A DNA stretch of 64,000 nucleotides from the human T2T-CHM13v2.0 reference genome, Homo sapiens. Position 1 is the stretch's first letter. Every line of letters starts with the position of its first letter. The stretch lies in assembly GCF_009914755.1 (NCBI RefSeq), contig NC_060926.1; one strand, 5' to 3'. The notes under the pieces are model-generated. The model worked only from the letters and a program-made list of their open reading frames with translations, had not been told where the DNA came from and made no database searches. The position numbers and the translations under genes are program-made. This document shows positions 1 to 13,736 of this stretch, in pieces.

Positions 1-1077
1 GGACTGTAAAGTGAATAAGCATGGCTGTGTTCCAAAATACTTGACTTACAAAAACAGGCAGTGGGCTGGATTTGGCCCAAGGTGCTAATTTGCTGACCCT
101 TGTGCTAAAAGGAAGGTGCTGCAAGTGAAGTGACTCTTATTTGTAAAAGTGCCCTGCGTGTGTGAAATTATCCTTCCTTTGAGAAAAGGATATATTTCAG
201 TATTCACCTCACCATATTTTTCCACAGTGACTTCATATAATTTTAAAAATTTCATTTATAAAATAAGATTATTGTCTGCATTTCTCCCACTTTATTCCTG
301 TTAATAGAACCCAGTATTTTGCTGTGATCAATTACTTTGTATATTTGATGAGTATCAGTTGTCCTAGAATTGGCTGATTTTATCAAGCAAGAAATACTCT
401 CCTTGAAACTTTTAGTATTTCTTGGTCTTTATGCATAAGCATGAATAAAATGATAATCAGCTTATGTGTAATCTAGAAATGTTCAAGGCGACTTTTAGTT
501 CTATAGTTTTAAGAATTTAACACCTCAGTCTGGCATTTTTAATGCCACATGTGTATAATTTTTATAACCTTTAAAATATATTATTGTTATATAAAATTTG
601 AAAACTACACCTGTTATATAAAACTTGAAACTATTTGTCTATTACTTTTCCATGACTGTGGAAGAAAATTACAACATTCTCAGTCATGACTCCTAAGCAT
701 GATGTCCTTAAAAGAACTGTCCACACTCACGAACTCAAATTTTCTTTTCATTCACTCTTAATCTCACACCGGCGTCTTCAATTTCAGCAGTCCTCCAACA
801 TTGTTTTTCCTCAAGATTATCACAATTTTTTTCTGTAAATTATGCATTTTTTCTTACACCTCATTTTATTTAATCTGTCAGCAATATTTGAGCCAGTGGA
901 GGGCGTCTCCTCCCTAACGGCGTCTTCACTTGGCTTTCAGGACCTCACTCCCTCAAGCTTTTCCTCCTGCATTTCTAGTCCATTCATCATGGTCTGTTTT
1001 GCTTGCTCCTCCTCATCTTTCTCCTTTTGGACATTGTTGTTTCCCAGGGCTCAGTCCTCAATCTTCTTTCTCCTGAC

Positions 1078-1378
1078 TTTTTCTTTTTCTTTTTTTGAGA
1101 CGGAGTTTGACTCTGTCCCCCAGGCTGGAGTTCAGTGGTGTGATCTCAGCTCACTACAACTTCTGCCTCTTGGGTTTAAGTGATTCTCCTGCCTCAGCCT
1201 CCTGAGTAGCTGGCATTACAGGTGTGTGCCACCATGCCTGGCTAATTTTTGTATTTTTAGTAGAGACAGCATTTCCCCATGTTGGCCAGCCTGGTCTCAA
1301 ACTCCTGATCTCAGGTGATCTGTCTGCCTTGGCCTCACAAAGTGTTGGGATTACAGGTGTGAGCCACTGCACCCGGCC
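1078..1378 (-). mobile_element. AluS element
   Basis: Full reverse Alu with flanking TSD ctcctgactttt / ctcgtgactttt; same element at 14693-15004. Confidence 0.95.
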
Positions 1379-2124
1379 CCTCGTGACTTTTTCTATTATG
1401 TATATGCTAGTGATTTCCAAATGTATGTCTCCAGCTCAGATCTCTCTCCTTAATTCCAGATTTCTATATCAGCCTGCCTACTTGACGTCTCTATTTGGTT
1501 AGTTATTGGGTATCACACACGTGTCAGATCCAAAATTGGGCTACTGATGTCCTTCCTGAAATCTACACCTCATGTAGTCTTTCCTACTTTGGTTAAGGGC
1601 AACTTTTCCAATTGCTCTGCCAAAAATGTCAGTGTCATTCTTGACTCATCTGTCCCTCTGACACCTCATATCTAATCTTTCAGTAAATCTTGTCAGGTCT
1701 ACCTGAAGAATATGTCCAGAAGCCAGTCATATCTTGTACATCTGAGCCACTGTCATCTGCAGTCTAGATGAGTGTCATAGACTGGGAATTGATCGTCCTG
1801 GCTTTTAAAAACTTCCCTTTTCATCAATTCTTAACTCAGTGGATGTATTTAAAACATAAGTCAAATTGTGTCATTCCTCTGCCCCAGCACTTCTGATTGC
1901 CTCCTTTTCACTCTGAGTATGGGTCAAAGTTCCTCCTGATTATCTCCCTTGCTCTGCTTCAGCCACACTGAATTCTTGCCATCCTGTATCTACCCCTAGT
2001 GCTTAAAGACTCCAGACACACCTCTGTGCTTGGCAGTTCCCTGTGTCTGGGATGCTTTTTCCCCAGATATCCTCCTAGCTTACTCTTTCCATTCCTTCAG
2101 TTCTTTATTTAAAACCACCTTTCT

Positions 2125-2403
2125 AAGAAGAAGAAAAGGGTAAAAAGAAACACATTAAGGAACATCCACTTTCTGAGGAAGAACCGTGTACTACCCAGAC
2201 ACATCATGCTTAAGATGCAATTGGGAGCATACAAGGAATGCTCTCTAAGGTAATCAAGGCAAGGTTCAATGAAACAAAGTGATTTATCATCTCTAACTTC
2301 AAACCTATTTGTATCTTGACATCAACGCTGTTAACCTTATGTCATCGTTTCTTAGAGTCTTTGATATACAAATAAAAGGTTTTTTGTATTAGAAAAAAAA
2401 AAA
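2125..2403 (+). pseudogene. 5'-truncated processed pseudogene fragment of NOP58 (copy 1, internally deleted)
   Basis: Reads KKKKR-GKKKHIKEHPLSEEEPCT, like the NOP58 C-terminus; AATAAA at 2371, poly(A) 2393-2403, TSD-like aaaccacctttct / aaaccctttct. Confidence 0.75.
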
Positions 2404-2722
2404 CCCTTTCTCAGCAGAGACTCTTCTGGCCATCTCAACTTTCCCACCACCCTCCCCATCAAACACATAAACATTTCATTTTCCTGCTTTAGTTTTTCTC
2501 CTCTAACATACCGTATATTTTGCCTTATCTGTCTGTTGTTATTGTGTGTTTTTCTCACTGTCATGAATAGGGTTTTTATTTTTCACTACCATATCTTCAC
2601 TGCTTAGAAAAAGGCTTAGCATATTGGATGTAGCTACCTAATAAATACTTGTTAAATAAGTGAATGGAGTTTATCCTGTGTATATTGTTTGATTGATTCT
2701 CACTTTAAAAATGTTTGACGTA

Positions 2723-3058
<336 letters not shown>

Positions 3059-3224
3059 TTAAAATCGTTTTGGCTCTTTATAATAAGCTACATTGTTTAT
3101 ATTAATTTTTTTATTTAGGGAGAAAAGCCCAATATTGTGGTTATTCACTATTTATTCTTTAATAGTAATCATAATTGTAATTATGGTAAACTGAGTCAGA
3201 GGAATTGCAAACTTTACTATTTTA

Positions 3225-3354
3225 TTTTATTTTATTTTATTTTTTTGAGATGGAGTCTCGCTGTATCGCCCAGGCTGGAGTGCAGTGGCGCGATCTCAGT
3301 TCATTGCAACGTGGGTTCATGCATTTCTCCTGCCTCAGCCTCCCAAGGAGCTGG
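3225..3354 (-). mobile_element. Truncated Alu (right arm) at duplication junction
   Basis: Reverse Alu that stops abruptly at ggagctgg; full-length counterpart at 16700-16996. Confidence 0.85.
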
Positions 3355-4530
3355 CCCTCGCATAAGGCGGCCACACAAATTTTTGAAGCATTCTATATTT
3401 TGCGCAGTCACTGGAAGGTCATTTGACTGTTTGCTGAGTAGCTTTAAGGAAATGGTGTGAATCAAAGCAGAATGGGTGCCACAAAAACATTGAAATTGTG
3501 ATTTGCGCAATAAAAATAGTCATGTAAGGTGGTCTGTGAGATGACACCAGAGCCAAATAACGTGTGGGGTGTTGTGTACAAAATATATTGTTAGTATGTA
3601 TGTTAAAAATTAGAGAATGCCAACTTGCAACTTCTTCGTGGAACCTAAAAAAAAAAATAAAAGTAGGGTTTTCATCTCCCATGTCAGCTGGAGATGAACA
3701 TGTATATAAAGCATCATCGTAACAAACATCTGGCTGAGAGTTTGAGTCTGTAGAGAAGGATCATTGGTCCAAGTCAGGTCTTAACATCCATTGGTTTTTC
3801 TGCCCTTGGCGTGATTCATCAACTCCGTAATAGTGGACAATCACATTATCTACTTTAATGAGATATTTATGAAAAAATTTAGTTACAAACTATGACATAG
3901 TTGAGATGCCCTGAATTAGAAGCCATAAAGAGTAGGACAGCTAAGAAGCAAAATTAGGACTTAATAACGTTTCCTGAAAACTACAACATTTGCATATTAG
4001 AACCTATGAACAAAATTCGCACTGGGTTTTATTTGGGATTCCAAGATAATTTCAGTCATAAAGTTTAGGAACAAATTATTCCATTGTTTTACTATTTCTT
4101 TGAGCATTTAAAAAAATGTTATCTTGTTAAATCATTATAACAACCTAGTAAAATAAGGCAGCATAGTCCTCACTTTGTAGAAGAAGACATTAAGCCTAAG
4201 AGAAGCAGCTTGTTCAAGAGCAAATAGCTGTTCATTATGGAGCTAGGACTTATTTAGAGTTGGGACACTTTCTATTATGTCAGGCTAACGCAAGTTAATT
4301 TACTGGGTCACAGTGCCCTCGATTTATGAGTATTTCATCTTACTTTTTTTTCTTCTTTAATTAGAAGCTTCATGAGAAGTTTGTAGAACGTACGCATAAG
4401 TGGATGGGATAATACTGTTAAGTTCTGATATTCTGATATTGTTTGAAATACTCTAAGAATTTTACATTTGGTAAGTTTCCAGATCAGTATTTTAAAACAG
4501 TAATTTTATTTGTTATATTTTTATACATAG

Positions 4531-4601
4531 AATTTGCGAATTAGTTTCTGACTACAAAGAAAAACAGATGCCAAAATACTCTTCTGAAAACAGCAACCCA
4601 G
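4531..4601 (+). CDS. POTEJ: POTE internal exon ([23 protein letters not shown])
   Basis: atag| acceptor, |gtaag donor, 71 nt, POTE/ANKRD26-family peptide. Confidence 0.9.
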
Positions 4602-4632
4602 GTAAGACTTGTGATAGTGAATTACTTTAGGT

Positions 4633-5159
4633 CAGTTGTCCACAATCTTTTTGACACCAGGGACCGGTTTTGTGGAAGACAATCTTTCCATGGGCTGGGG
4701 GAAGGTGGGGATGGTTTCAGGATTGTTCAGTCACATTACACTTATTGTGCTACTTTATATTATTATTACATTGTAATATATAATAAAATAATTATACAAC
4801 TTACCATAATGTAGAATCAGTGGAAGCTCTGAGCTGATTTTTCTGCAACTAGATGGTCCCTTCTGGGGGCAAAGTGAGACAGTGACAGATCATCAGGCAT
4901 TAGATTCTCATAGGAAGCACACAACCTAGATCCCTCAGATGGGCAGTTCACAACAGGGTTCATGCTCCTATGAGTATCTAATGCTATCACTGATCTGACT
5001 GGAGGCAGAGTAGAGGCTGCAATATGAGCCATAAGGAGTGGCTGTAAATACAGATGAAGCTTCCCTGGCTTGCCTGCTGCGCACCTCCTCCTGTGTGGCA
5101 TGGTTCCTAACAGACCGTGGACTGGTACCAGTCTGTGGCCTGGGAGTTGTGGAGCCCTG
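4633..5159 (-). mobile_element. MER1A-like hAT-Charlie DNA transposon
   Basis: caccagggaccggttttgtggaagacaat...gcattagattctcatagga...ctgatctgactggaggcagag; about 527 bp. Confidence 0.8.
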
Positions 5160-6894
5160 CTCTGGGAGGTCCTACCATAGATTTAAAAAGTAAAAGTAAG
5201 GAATTTTTGTTCACAAAAGAACAGTGAAGCACAGGTCATGTTACATATGCTTGTGCCAACAAGGTCTCACTATTACTGACTTCATTCCTCCTGTTTTGAA
5301 GTTGAAAGAGATGCATTTACTTTGTTGGAACAAGATGTGTTCTTCCACCGGCTGGTTAATTGTCATGATAACAGTAATTTTGTTAGAAGAAGGTGCTCTG
5401 CTACCATTTGCCAAAAGATTGTCATAATGTACAATTTTCCCAATGCAAGGGTCAGCAGATTATAATAAAAATATAAAAATGTTTCACAGTAACAAAAATG
5501 CTAGTATGCTACCTGGATGTGGACACCTAATACATGGTACAATCCAAACTGTATGAGGACACCTTTAATTTGGCTACCTATTTATCAAAGAGCTTCTGTA
5601 AGTTAGGTTTTATAAGTTGCAGGAGACAAGATGGAATAGATGTAGTTTTAATCTTTAAGGTGCTCACAACAGAAGTGTTTCTATTTCATTTCTGTGGTTT
5701 TTCAACAGAATTTACAAAGAAAACATTTTTATTTATGTTTTCACTTGTCCACTTAACAAATAACTGTCAAATGTCTTTTAGATACTAAGCAGTTTTTCTA
5801 AGGCTACAGAACACAAAAACACAGACAGGAGCTTGTTATTATTATCATTGTCATTTTTATTATTTTGCTGCTTTATTCAGTGCTTACTGTGTGCTAGATG
5901 CCCACTGGAATCTTATAATTATGATTTATTATATGTGATATTGATTATGTGCCAGACATATGTGATGAGGAGTGAAAGCTTTAGAAAGAAAGGAGGCAGG
6001 ATTTAATGTAAGCATGCAGAGTGAGAAGAATTTTTCAGGGAAAGAAGCAGAAGAATGACATTTGGCAGAAGGAACATGGAGTGAGATTGTGTGTTTGCCA
6101 GAAGGAACATCTAATGAGATTGCCCATTTGGGAGGAAGAGCAGCAAGTGCAGAAGACAAGATGCTTGAGTGAACATGGCAGGGTTTCTGAGCAGTTCACT
6201 TTTGGTATTACCAAAAGTGTGAGATACCAGAGGTTGGGAGTGAGGTGAATACTTAGCTAAGGCAAGTTTATGATAGACTTTTTAATACTATAGAAATGAG
6301 TAGCTCTTATCCTGTGGGCCATGGGAATTGACCAGGTAGAATGCTTTGGACTGCAAATACTAGATGAGCAGTGGCTAAAACAGTAGGAACCAGAGTTGTT
6401 TTTTTATTCATTGATATCCTAGGATCCCACCTGTCCCTCTTTCAGCTGTGCTGTTGACAGTGTTTTATTCACGTCTCCTTTCGTGGTTGGCTAATCCGCA
6501 GCAGCTCCAAACATCTTGTTCTCACAACACAACATCGCAAGGGCTGCTTTTCTTCACGTGTGTCTTTTAAACAGGGAGGAAACTTAGAAGCATGCAAGGG
6601 GCTTCCTGTAACATTTCATTGGCTGGGTCATACCACATGCTCATTCCCAAACCAGGCACTGGGAAGGTAAATACCTGATTAGCTTAGAATAAACATTTCT
6701 GTTTCTGAGGCTGAGGAGGGGGATTGGGATATTAAATATCCCAATAGACTTATGTTTTTTCTGCCAGAAAGAATGAGGAATGGCTATTGATAGGGAGCCA
6801 ACAATGTGTGCTGCAGGGGCTCATTGGAGAAATTTGAGCAGGGGAGTCACAAGATTAAATTTGAGTATTAAGGCGTTCTGGTTATGGTGTAAAA

Positions 6895-7110
6895 TGGGTT
6901 AGCAGGCTTTTTCTTTAAAGGACCAGGTGGGCAATATTTTAGACTATGTGGTCTCTGTCATATCTACTTAACCGTGCTGTTGTCTGCTGTTGTAGTGTGA
7001 AAGCCACCATGATTATATGTAAGCAAACAGGCATGACTGAGCTCCTATAAAACTTTATTTACAAAACCATAATGCAGATTGGATTTGGCCTGTGGCCTAT
7101 AGTTTCCTGG
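6895..7110. mobile_element. MER58-like DNA transposon remnant
   Basis: aatatttttagactatgtgg...aaaactttatttacaaaa...ggatttggcctgtggcctatagtttcc. Confidence 0.6.
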
Positions 7111-9163
7111 GATTGATGGGAGATAATCATGCAAAGAAACCAGGAGACAAAGGAAGTTTTTGCAGTAGTCAGCTATAGTTTCCATGTCACACATCCTTGG
7201 AGTAGCATCAATGTATTATAAGGTTTTCACCCGTCCATGGTGAAATAAATAATGTTAGAAATCTCAGTTACTTATTTTACTATGTTGGCCTTCGTTATGC
7301 CTTTTTCACTTGTTTTGCTTAATTTTTTTCCTGTAAGAAATAACATTAATAGTTGGCAGTTTTCTTTTAAATAGAAGTCATTTTGTAAATGTTTGTGTTC
7401 CCAGTGGCAGTGGGAATATAAAACAGAGGCAGAAGAGAGGTATAGTCAATATGATTTAGTGATAATTGAATGAGAAAGGCTTGGGGGACAGAGAGAAATC
7501 TCAGATGATGTACAGGTTTCCAGATTGTACACTAGTATTTAACCTGGACATGAGGAAGGAGTAGGAAATTTTCTGGTGAATACAGGAGAGCAAAGAGCAG
7601 CAGGTCAGCAGGAATGACTAATTTTTTTCTATGCATGTTTAATGGAATATTCGTGTAGGATATTTTGAGTAGGTCATTGGATAATCAGCATTTATAACTC
7701 ACATCCTACTAGTTTGACTCTCAGTAATAAGACTTGTCAAAGATCCAAGAATCTGAAAGTCAGTAATAAATGTCCATGTGCATCACCGTCTGTGACAGAA
7801 AGTCAGCATCCACAGAACACAGAATTGGGACAGATGAACTTAATAGATGAAGATGAATATCAGAGTTGTTCCTCTTAGGGAATGATACTCTCCATGACCT
7901 GTGTGAGTCACAGCTGCCAGAAAAGAAAGAGCAAGGAGCGTATGAAGGCAGCTCAGCAAATTCGGTCCTAGAGTGCCCTGCTTGGCTTCATGTCATAGTT
8001 CTGACTTCTAAATAATCATTTTCTGCAAAATGTGCTTTGTGTTTTTCCCTCTTGCCGCCTGCAGCCAATCAGAATTTTTTAGCAGGACATAATGAAAAGA
8101 AGTAAGAGAAAGAGTGTTTTTTTGTATGGGATAGTATTTAACGTAAACTTGAGAGTGAGTACCAGGATTATACTTAGAATTTATGGACTGGATGGAAAGA
8201 CTGGATAGAAATCTAAAGATTGCTGACTCAAACACAATGTGGTTTCTTTGATTTATTTTCACAGCTCTGAATTCACGACTGTTAATTGTATTCATATGCA
8301 CTATAACTTTACAAAGCATCTTCCCAAACCAAATATTTACTGATTTAGTATAATTTGTATGACTTTATTATAGAACTGACTTTCCAAGTGTTCATGAGAA
8401 TTGTTTAGTATTTGCTACATTGTATCATCTCAGCTGTGTCCACATGAGCTATCTGTCACCTTGTCTTAATGAATAATTGTTCACTAGGAATATTGGTTTT
8501 GGCATTGAAATGATCTATATCTAAATGCAGATAGGACCCGGGACCACTTTTGAACATTAATGTCCAAGCATCTTAAAATTACACATAAGGCTTTCATAAT
8601 CTGACTTCTGCCCCACTCTCCATCTTTAGCCCTTTTCCCTGTGTGCCCTGTCTCTGGCATTACTGAGCTGCTGGCAATGCCCTACTCACTCATCCTTCTA
8701 TTGTAGGCAAATACTTTCACTCTTTCAGGCCTCGCTCCCGCTCTTGCTGCTGCGTGGCATGCCGTCACCCTTTCCTGCCCTCTACCCCTTTTAATCTGGC
8801 TAGTCTCAATATTTAAGTCTCTGCTTGGGCATGTGTTCTAGAAAAGCCATCTCTGACAGGCTTTATTTTAATTCTTTTTAAACCCTAATGCCTAGCATGT
8901 ATTTAGCAGGACTCAATAAAATATTTCTGAGTAAAACAAAGACTGTTTTTACAAAGATGATGTGCAAGACTCTCCCCTGCAGTCTTGGAGCAGAGGGGAC
9001 AGACATGTGGAGGAATAATGTACAGTTTAGGTGGTCAAGATGCAGTAGAAAAATCAGTAAAGTACTAAGGCAGCCTCAAGGAAGGAGGTACCTGTTTATC
9101 TGGGGAAAGACATGCAGAATGAAGGAAGACTTCACATAGCATTGTTTCAAAAGATGAAAATAA

Positions 9164-9450
9164 GGCCAGGTGTGGTGGCTCACACCTGTAATCCCAGCAC
9201 TTTCAGAGGGGATCACGAGGTCAGGAGATCGAGACCATCCTGTCCAATGGTGAAACCCCATCTCTACTAAAAATACAAAAATCAGCTGGGTGTGGTGGTG
9301 CTTGCCTGTAATCACAGTTACTCAGGAGACTGAAGCAGGAGAATCACTTGAACCAGGGAGGCGGAGGTTGCAGTGAGCTGATCATGCCACTGCATTCCAG
9401 CCTGGTGACAGAGGAAGACCCTGACTCATTAAAAAAAAAAAAAGAAAAAA
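9164..9450 (+). mobile_element. AluS element
   Basis: ggccaggtgtggtggctcacacctgtaatcccagcact...poly(A). Confidence 0.9.
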
Positions 9451-9894
9451 AGAAAATAAATTTGTCAGAATAGTGGAGGGAAACATTTTAGATATTAGGA
9501 AGATGTTGTACACTAATAAAGGTGTCAGCAGTGATTTTGGAAATCATTTATAAGGTACTATTAGGAAGTGGAGAACAGTACACTGTGTCACCTTATATGT
9601 TTCTACTGTATTTTAAAGCTGTGTTTCTGGTGGTTTTGTTCATGGATGTTGGGTGGATGAATTTGTGAGGGAATTTTTGACATGTTTGTTTGTCTTCAAT
9701 CTGGTGACATCTGGTATCTCCCCAAGTGGGTTTTTGAAGTTTTTGAGAATTATTTCTTAAATGACAATTTCACAAAAGATGAAACACTCAATTTATGAAA
9801 TAAAATGAAATGTCTCAAATCCGTTTTTAAAAGGCAATAGTTTTTAACTGTTCTAAGTGGTTGATTTTAACTGAATATATGGATTTTTCAACAG

Positions 9895-9965
9895 AACAAG
9901 ACTTAAAGCTGACATCAGAGGAAGAGTCACAAAGGCTTAAAGGCAGTGAAAATGGCCAGCCAGAG
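9895..9965 (+). CDS. POTEJ: POTE internal exon (EQDLKLTSEEESQRLKGSENGQPE), GC donor
   Basis: acag| acceptor; 71 nt; ends gag|gcatgg; frame continuous with the neighbouring exons. Confidence 0.88.
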
Positions 9966-10100
9966 GCATGGAAACTTTTAAATTTAAACTTTTGTTTAAT
10001 GTTGTGTGTTTTTTGCCTTAATAATAGTAGATAGTCCAAATGAAATTACCTTTCAGACTAGGCTTTGAGAATCAGTAGATTGTTTTTTTAAGAATCTTTT

Positions 10101-10387
10101 GGCCAGGCAAGGTGGCTCACGCCTGTAATCCCAGCACTTTGAGAGGCTGAGGCAGGTGGATCACGAGGTCTGGAGATCGAGACCATCCTGGCTAACATGG
10201 TGAAACCCCGTCTCTAGTAAAAATACAAAAACTTAGCTGGGCGTGGTGGCGGGTGCCTGTAGTCCCAGCTACTCGGGAGGCTGAGGCAGGAGAATGGCAT
10301 GAACTCAGGAGAGGGAGCTTGCAGTGAGCCGACATCCACCACTACACTCCAGCCTGGGTGACAGAGCGAGACTCCATCTGAAAAAAA
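10101..10387 (+). mobile_element. AluY-type element
   Basis: gagaccatcctggctaacatggtgaaac, gaatggcatgaac, gagcttgcagtgagcc. Confidence 0.9.
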
Positions 10388-11648
10388 TATATATATATAT
10401 TTTAATAGATTCTTAAAATTTATTGTAATAAAATCAGCAACCTTGTTAACAGAAGAATCAATAGATTCTAATTTAATATTTGATATTTAACTTCAACATA
10501 ACCCACTATAAAATTTAAAATACTCTTATTTTAAAATATTCTTATCTGCCTTCTTGATTAGCTTATAGCTAATCTCTCCTTTTGGAATAGAGGCAAAAAC
10601 AAATTTCAGAACTTTGTTTGTTCTTTTATTTTTACAACACCCTAACATGATAAAGAAAGTAACATCAATGATTGAATCATATTATTAAGCAATAGGAATT
10701 ATGAACAATGTAACACTGATTCCCTGAGCTGGATTCATGGTTAAAGAGTAATCATGGCCTGTGATTGAAAATCCACAGTTTTATATTGTCAGTCACTGAT
10801 ACCAAGGTTAAGGACATATCCTGCCTTGTGGTCTCTCGTTGACCTCAGTGTTTCTGTTCAGGGAGGGAACCAGGTCATAAAAGCAACCCAACTGCCTATT
10901 ACAAGAACCATATCTTGCAGAATGGGACCTTTGGTGTTAGTGCACAAACACAATAACATTCTAATTTATTTCAGTTGCAGAAAATCAGTAGAGATTAAAA
11001 AATTTTATCTGCTGTCATTAGTACACATTAGAATATATTAGAACTGGACTTACGCAGATAATCTGGATACATAACACTATCATATGACAGTATATAATTT
11101 CAATTAAAATGTGAGAATTTGCATTTCTTTCTGTTTGGTGTTGATTTCGGCTCCTAATAGTTTAAAGGGTGCCTACAATCCAGTTAGGAATCTTTTAAAA
11201 AAGCACTTCAGTGCACTGTAGGTGCTCACTAGTTAGGGTTTCATGAGGTAAACTCTTTTCAAGTGAGGAAGATTTTGGAACACTACAAATCATCTGCTGA
11301 TTCATTTTTGGTAGATTTAACACATAACAAATTAAATTTAGTCCAAACAAATAGTGAGAAAGTTAAGTTTGCTGGTTCATGTTTTTCTTCTCCCTTTGTC
11401 TAAGGTGAATTATTTTTCACATGTTAGAAGCCAGTGATGTGGCAGTAGCTAAACATAGATTAAAAAGTTAATTCTTAATTTTAATTATTATTTATTTATT
11501 TTAACAGTTTAATTTTAATTACTTTCTAATTTTTATTGTCCATACTTGATTACTTCAGAATAAAATTATTTTAAAAACATGCACTCCAAAAGAGGAAATG
11601 TCACAGAAATACAACAAGCAAATTAACCTTCTGTTTTTACATCTGCAG

Positions 11649-11693
11649 AAAAGATCTCAAGAACCAGAAATAAATAAGGATGGTGATAGAGAG
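11649..11693 (+). CDS. POTEJ: POTE internal exon (KRSQEPEINKDGDRE)
   Basis: gcag| acceptor, |gtatac donor, 45 nt. Confidence 0.88.
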
Positions 11694-12040
11694 GTATACC
11701 TTTATATTCAAATGTTTGTGTTGAATTAGATTTTTACATTATGTTGTTTAACAAAGTGTAGTAAATGTAGGCATACATGATCCTATCATGTAAGTAGCAT
11801 AAATCATCAGTGAAAAATTAAATAGTTAACTCAGAATTCTGTACATTGAATTTTGAAGAGGTGCAAACCCTAGAGCTATTCTTTCATTATTATGGAATAA
11901 TCCCGAATGGTGCCATAAAATGCTAGGTAATGCCACTTTAGGAACTTTAGACCAATTATTTTATCTTTCTTGGTTTTAGTCTGATTATCAGTAGATAATG
12001 TGCCTAAAGTAGATAATTTCTTATTCTCTGTATTTTCCAG

Positions 12041-12222
12041 CTAGAAAATTTTATGGCTATCGAAGAAATGAAGAAGCACGGAAGTACTCACGTCGGATTC
12101 CCAGAAAACCTGACTAATGGTGCCACTGCTGGCAATGGTGATGATGGATTAATTCCTCCAAGGAAGAGCAGAACACCTGAAAGCCAGCAATTTCCTGACA
12201 CTGAGAATGAAGAGTATCACAG
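12041..12222 (+). CDS. POTEJ: POTE internal exon ([27 protein letters not shown]...TENEEYH)
   Basis: ttccag| acceptor, |gtaag donor, 182 nt open frame. Confidence 0.9.
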
Positions 12223-12464
12223 GTAAGCCTATGGCAACATTGAACAGGAGGTAACTTTGTGCTGTCAAACTAATCCTAATTTGAGCTAATATTCATGATG
12301 AACAAATTTTATACTTTTATTAGGATATTGAGCCTTGCCTGTTAATCAGAAAAATGAAAATCAGCAAACAATCAGTTACCGTTTTTTTTCCAGTCGTTAA
12401 TTTATTTGAAAAATAACCAGTATTGACAAATGTGAGGGAAAAGGCATTTTCTTCTCTTTTCAGT

Positions 12465-12790
12465 GAACTTTTATTTTAGCTTCGGGGTACGTGTGCAGGT
12501 TTATTATATAGGTAAACTGTATCATGGAGGCTTGGGGTACAGATTATTTCACCAGCCACATAATAAACAAAATACTCGAAAGGTAGTTTTTTGGTCGTCT
12601 CCCTCCTGCCATGCTCCTCCCTCAAGTAGGCCCCAGTGTATGTTATTCTCCTCTTTGTGTCCATGAGTTCTCATGTTTAGTTCCCACTAATGAGTAAGAA
12701 TATGTGGCATTTGATTTTCTGTTCCTGCATGAGTTTTCTTAGGATAATGGCCTCCAGCTCCATCCGTGTTGCTGCAGGGGAAATGGTTTC
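12465..12790 (-). mobile_element. L1 3'-end fragment
   Basis: ggggtacgtgtgcaggtt...ggcctccagctccatccgtgttgctgc, reverse L1 3'UTR. Confidence 0.8.
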
Positions 12791-13396
12791 ATTGAAAAAG
12801 ACATTTCATATACTGTTGGTAAATACATTTTGAACATTAATTGAGTAGCATATTCACACACACATATATAACAGAGTAAGCATATATAATACATGTAAAG
12901 GATATTTGTATAGATATGTTATATGTATACTTATGTATAAGGACATTTATTATAGTATTATTATGTAAAAAATTTGGAGCTAGTCTAATTGCTTATCAAT
13001 AGGAAATAGCTCAATTTCCGTATCCCCAAAATAATGTATTATGCAACCATTTTAAAAAAATGAGGTTAGATGTAGGGTATACTGATTATTTCACAATTAA
13101 AATGTATTTAAAGCGTTTAGTTTGATGACACATCTTAAGAGTTCTTGTTAAAATTCTTGTAATATCTGCTGTGTTGCAAATGGAAGCTACATGCTACATT
13201 GACACTGTACCTTGTTAGCAACAAGATTGCTAGTTACTAAATTTTTGTTGTCAGTGCCTGAGTGCTGAAATATTGGACCCTCAATCTGAATATTGCCAAG
13301 GGATTGTACATGGGGATCTATATTTAATATAAACATTTCAGTATATTTGGTAAAACTTTTATTAAAATACATCAAAGAATCTTTGATCTACTAAAC

Positions 13397-13736
13397 CAGG
13401 AGTTGGCCAGCTTTTTCTGCAAAGAGCTAGTTAGTAAATATTTTAGGCTTTGTGGACTACATATATTTATTTTCTTGAGACAGGGTCTCACTCTGTTTCC
13501 CAGGCTGGAGTGCAGTTGTGTGATCATGGCTCACTGCAGCCTCGACTTTCTGGGCTCTAGTGATCCTCTGACCTCAGTCTCTACTAGCTGAGACCACAGG
13601 TGTGCAACATCACACCCAGCTAACTGACACTATGGACTGTAAAGTGAATAAGCATGGCTGTGTTCCAAGATACTTGACTTACAAAAACGGGCAGTGGGCT
13701 GGATTTGGCCCACAGGTGCTTATTTGCTGACCCTTG
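13397..13736. mobile_element. MER58-like element interrupted by an old Alu monomer (~13470-13623)
   Basis: gtaaatattttaggctttgtgg...[gagacagggtctcactctg...cagctaa]...gggctggatttggccc. Confidence 0.65.

Larger units (their letters stand above)
850..2666 (+). mobile_element. Degraded LINE2 remnant, interrupted by an Alu and a NOP58 retrocopy
   Basis: L2-like tcttcacttggctttcaggac...cttttcctcctgc and L2 3' end ataaatacttgttaaataagtgaatg; paralog at ~14480-16437. Confidence 0.6.

Noticed and set aside
842-1502. ORFs with Alu-type peptides (also at 2751, 14620, 51616, 59366)
   Set aside because: Translations of Alu and L2 sequence.
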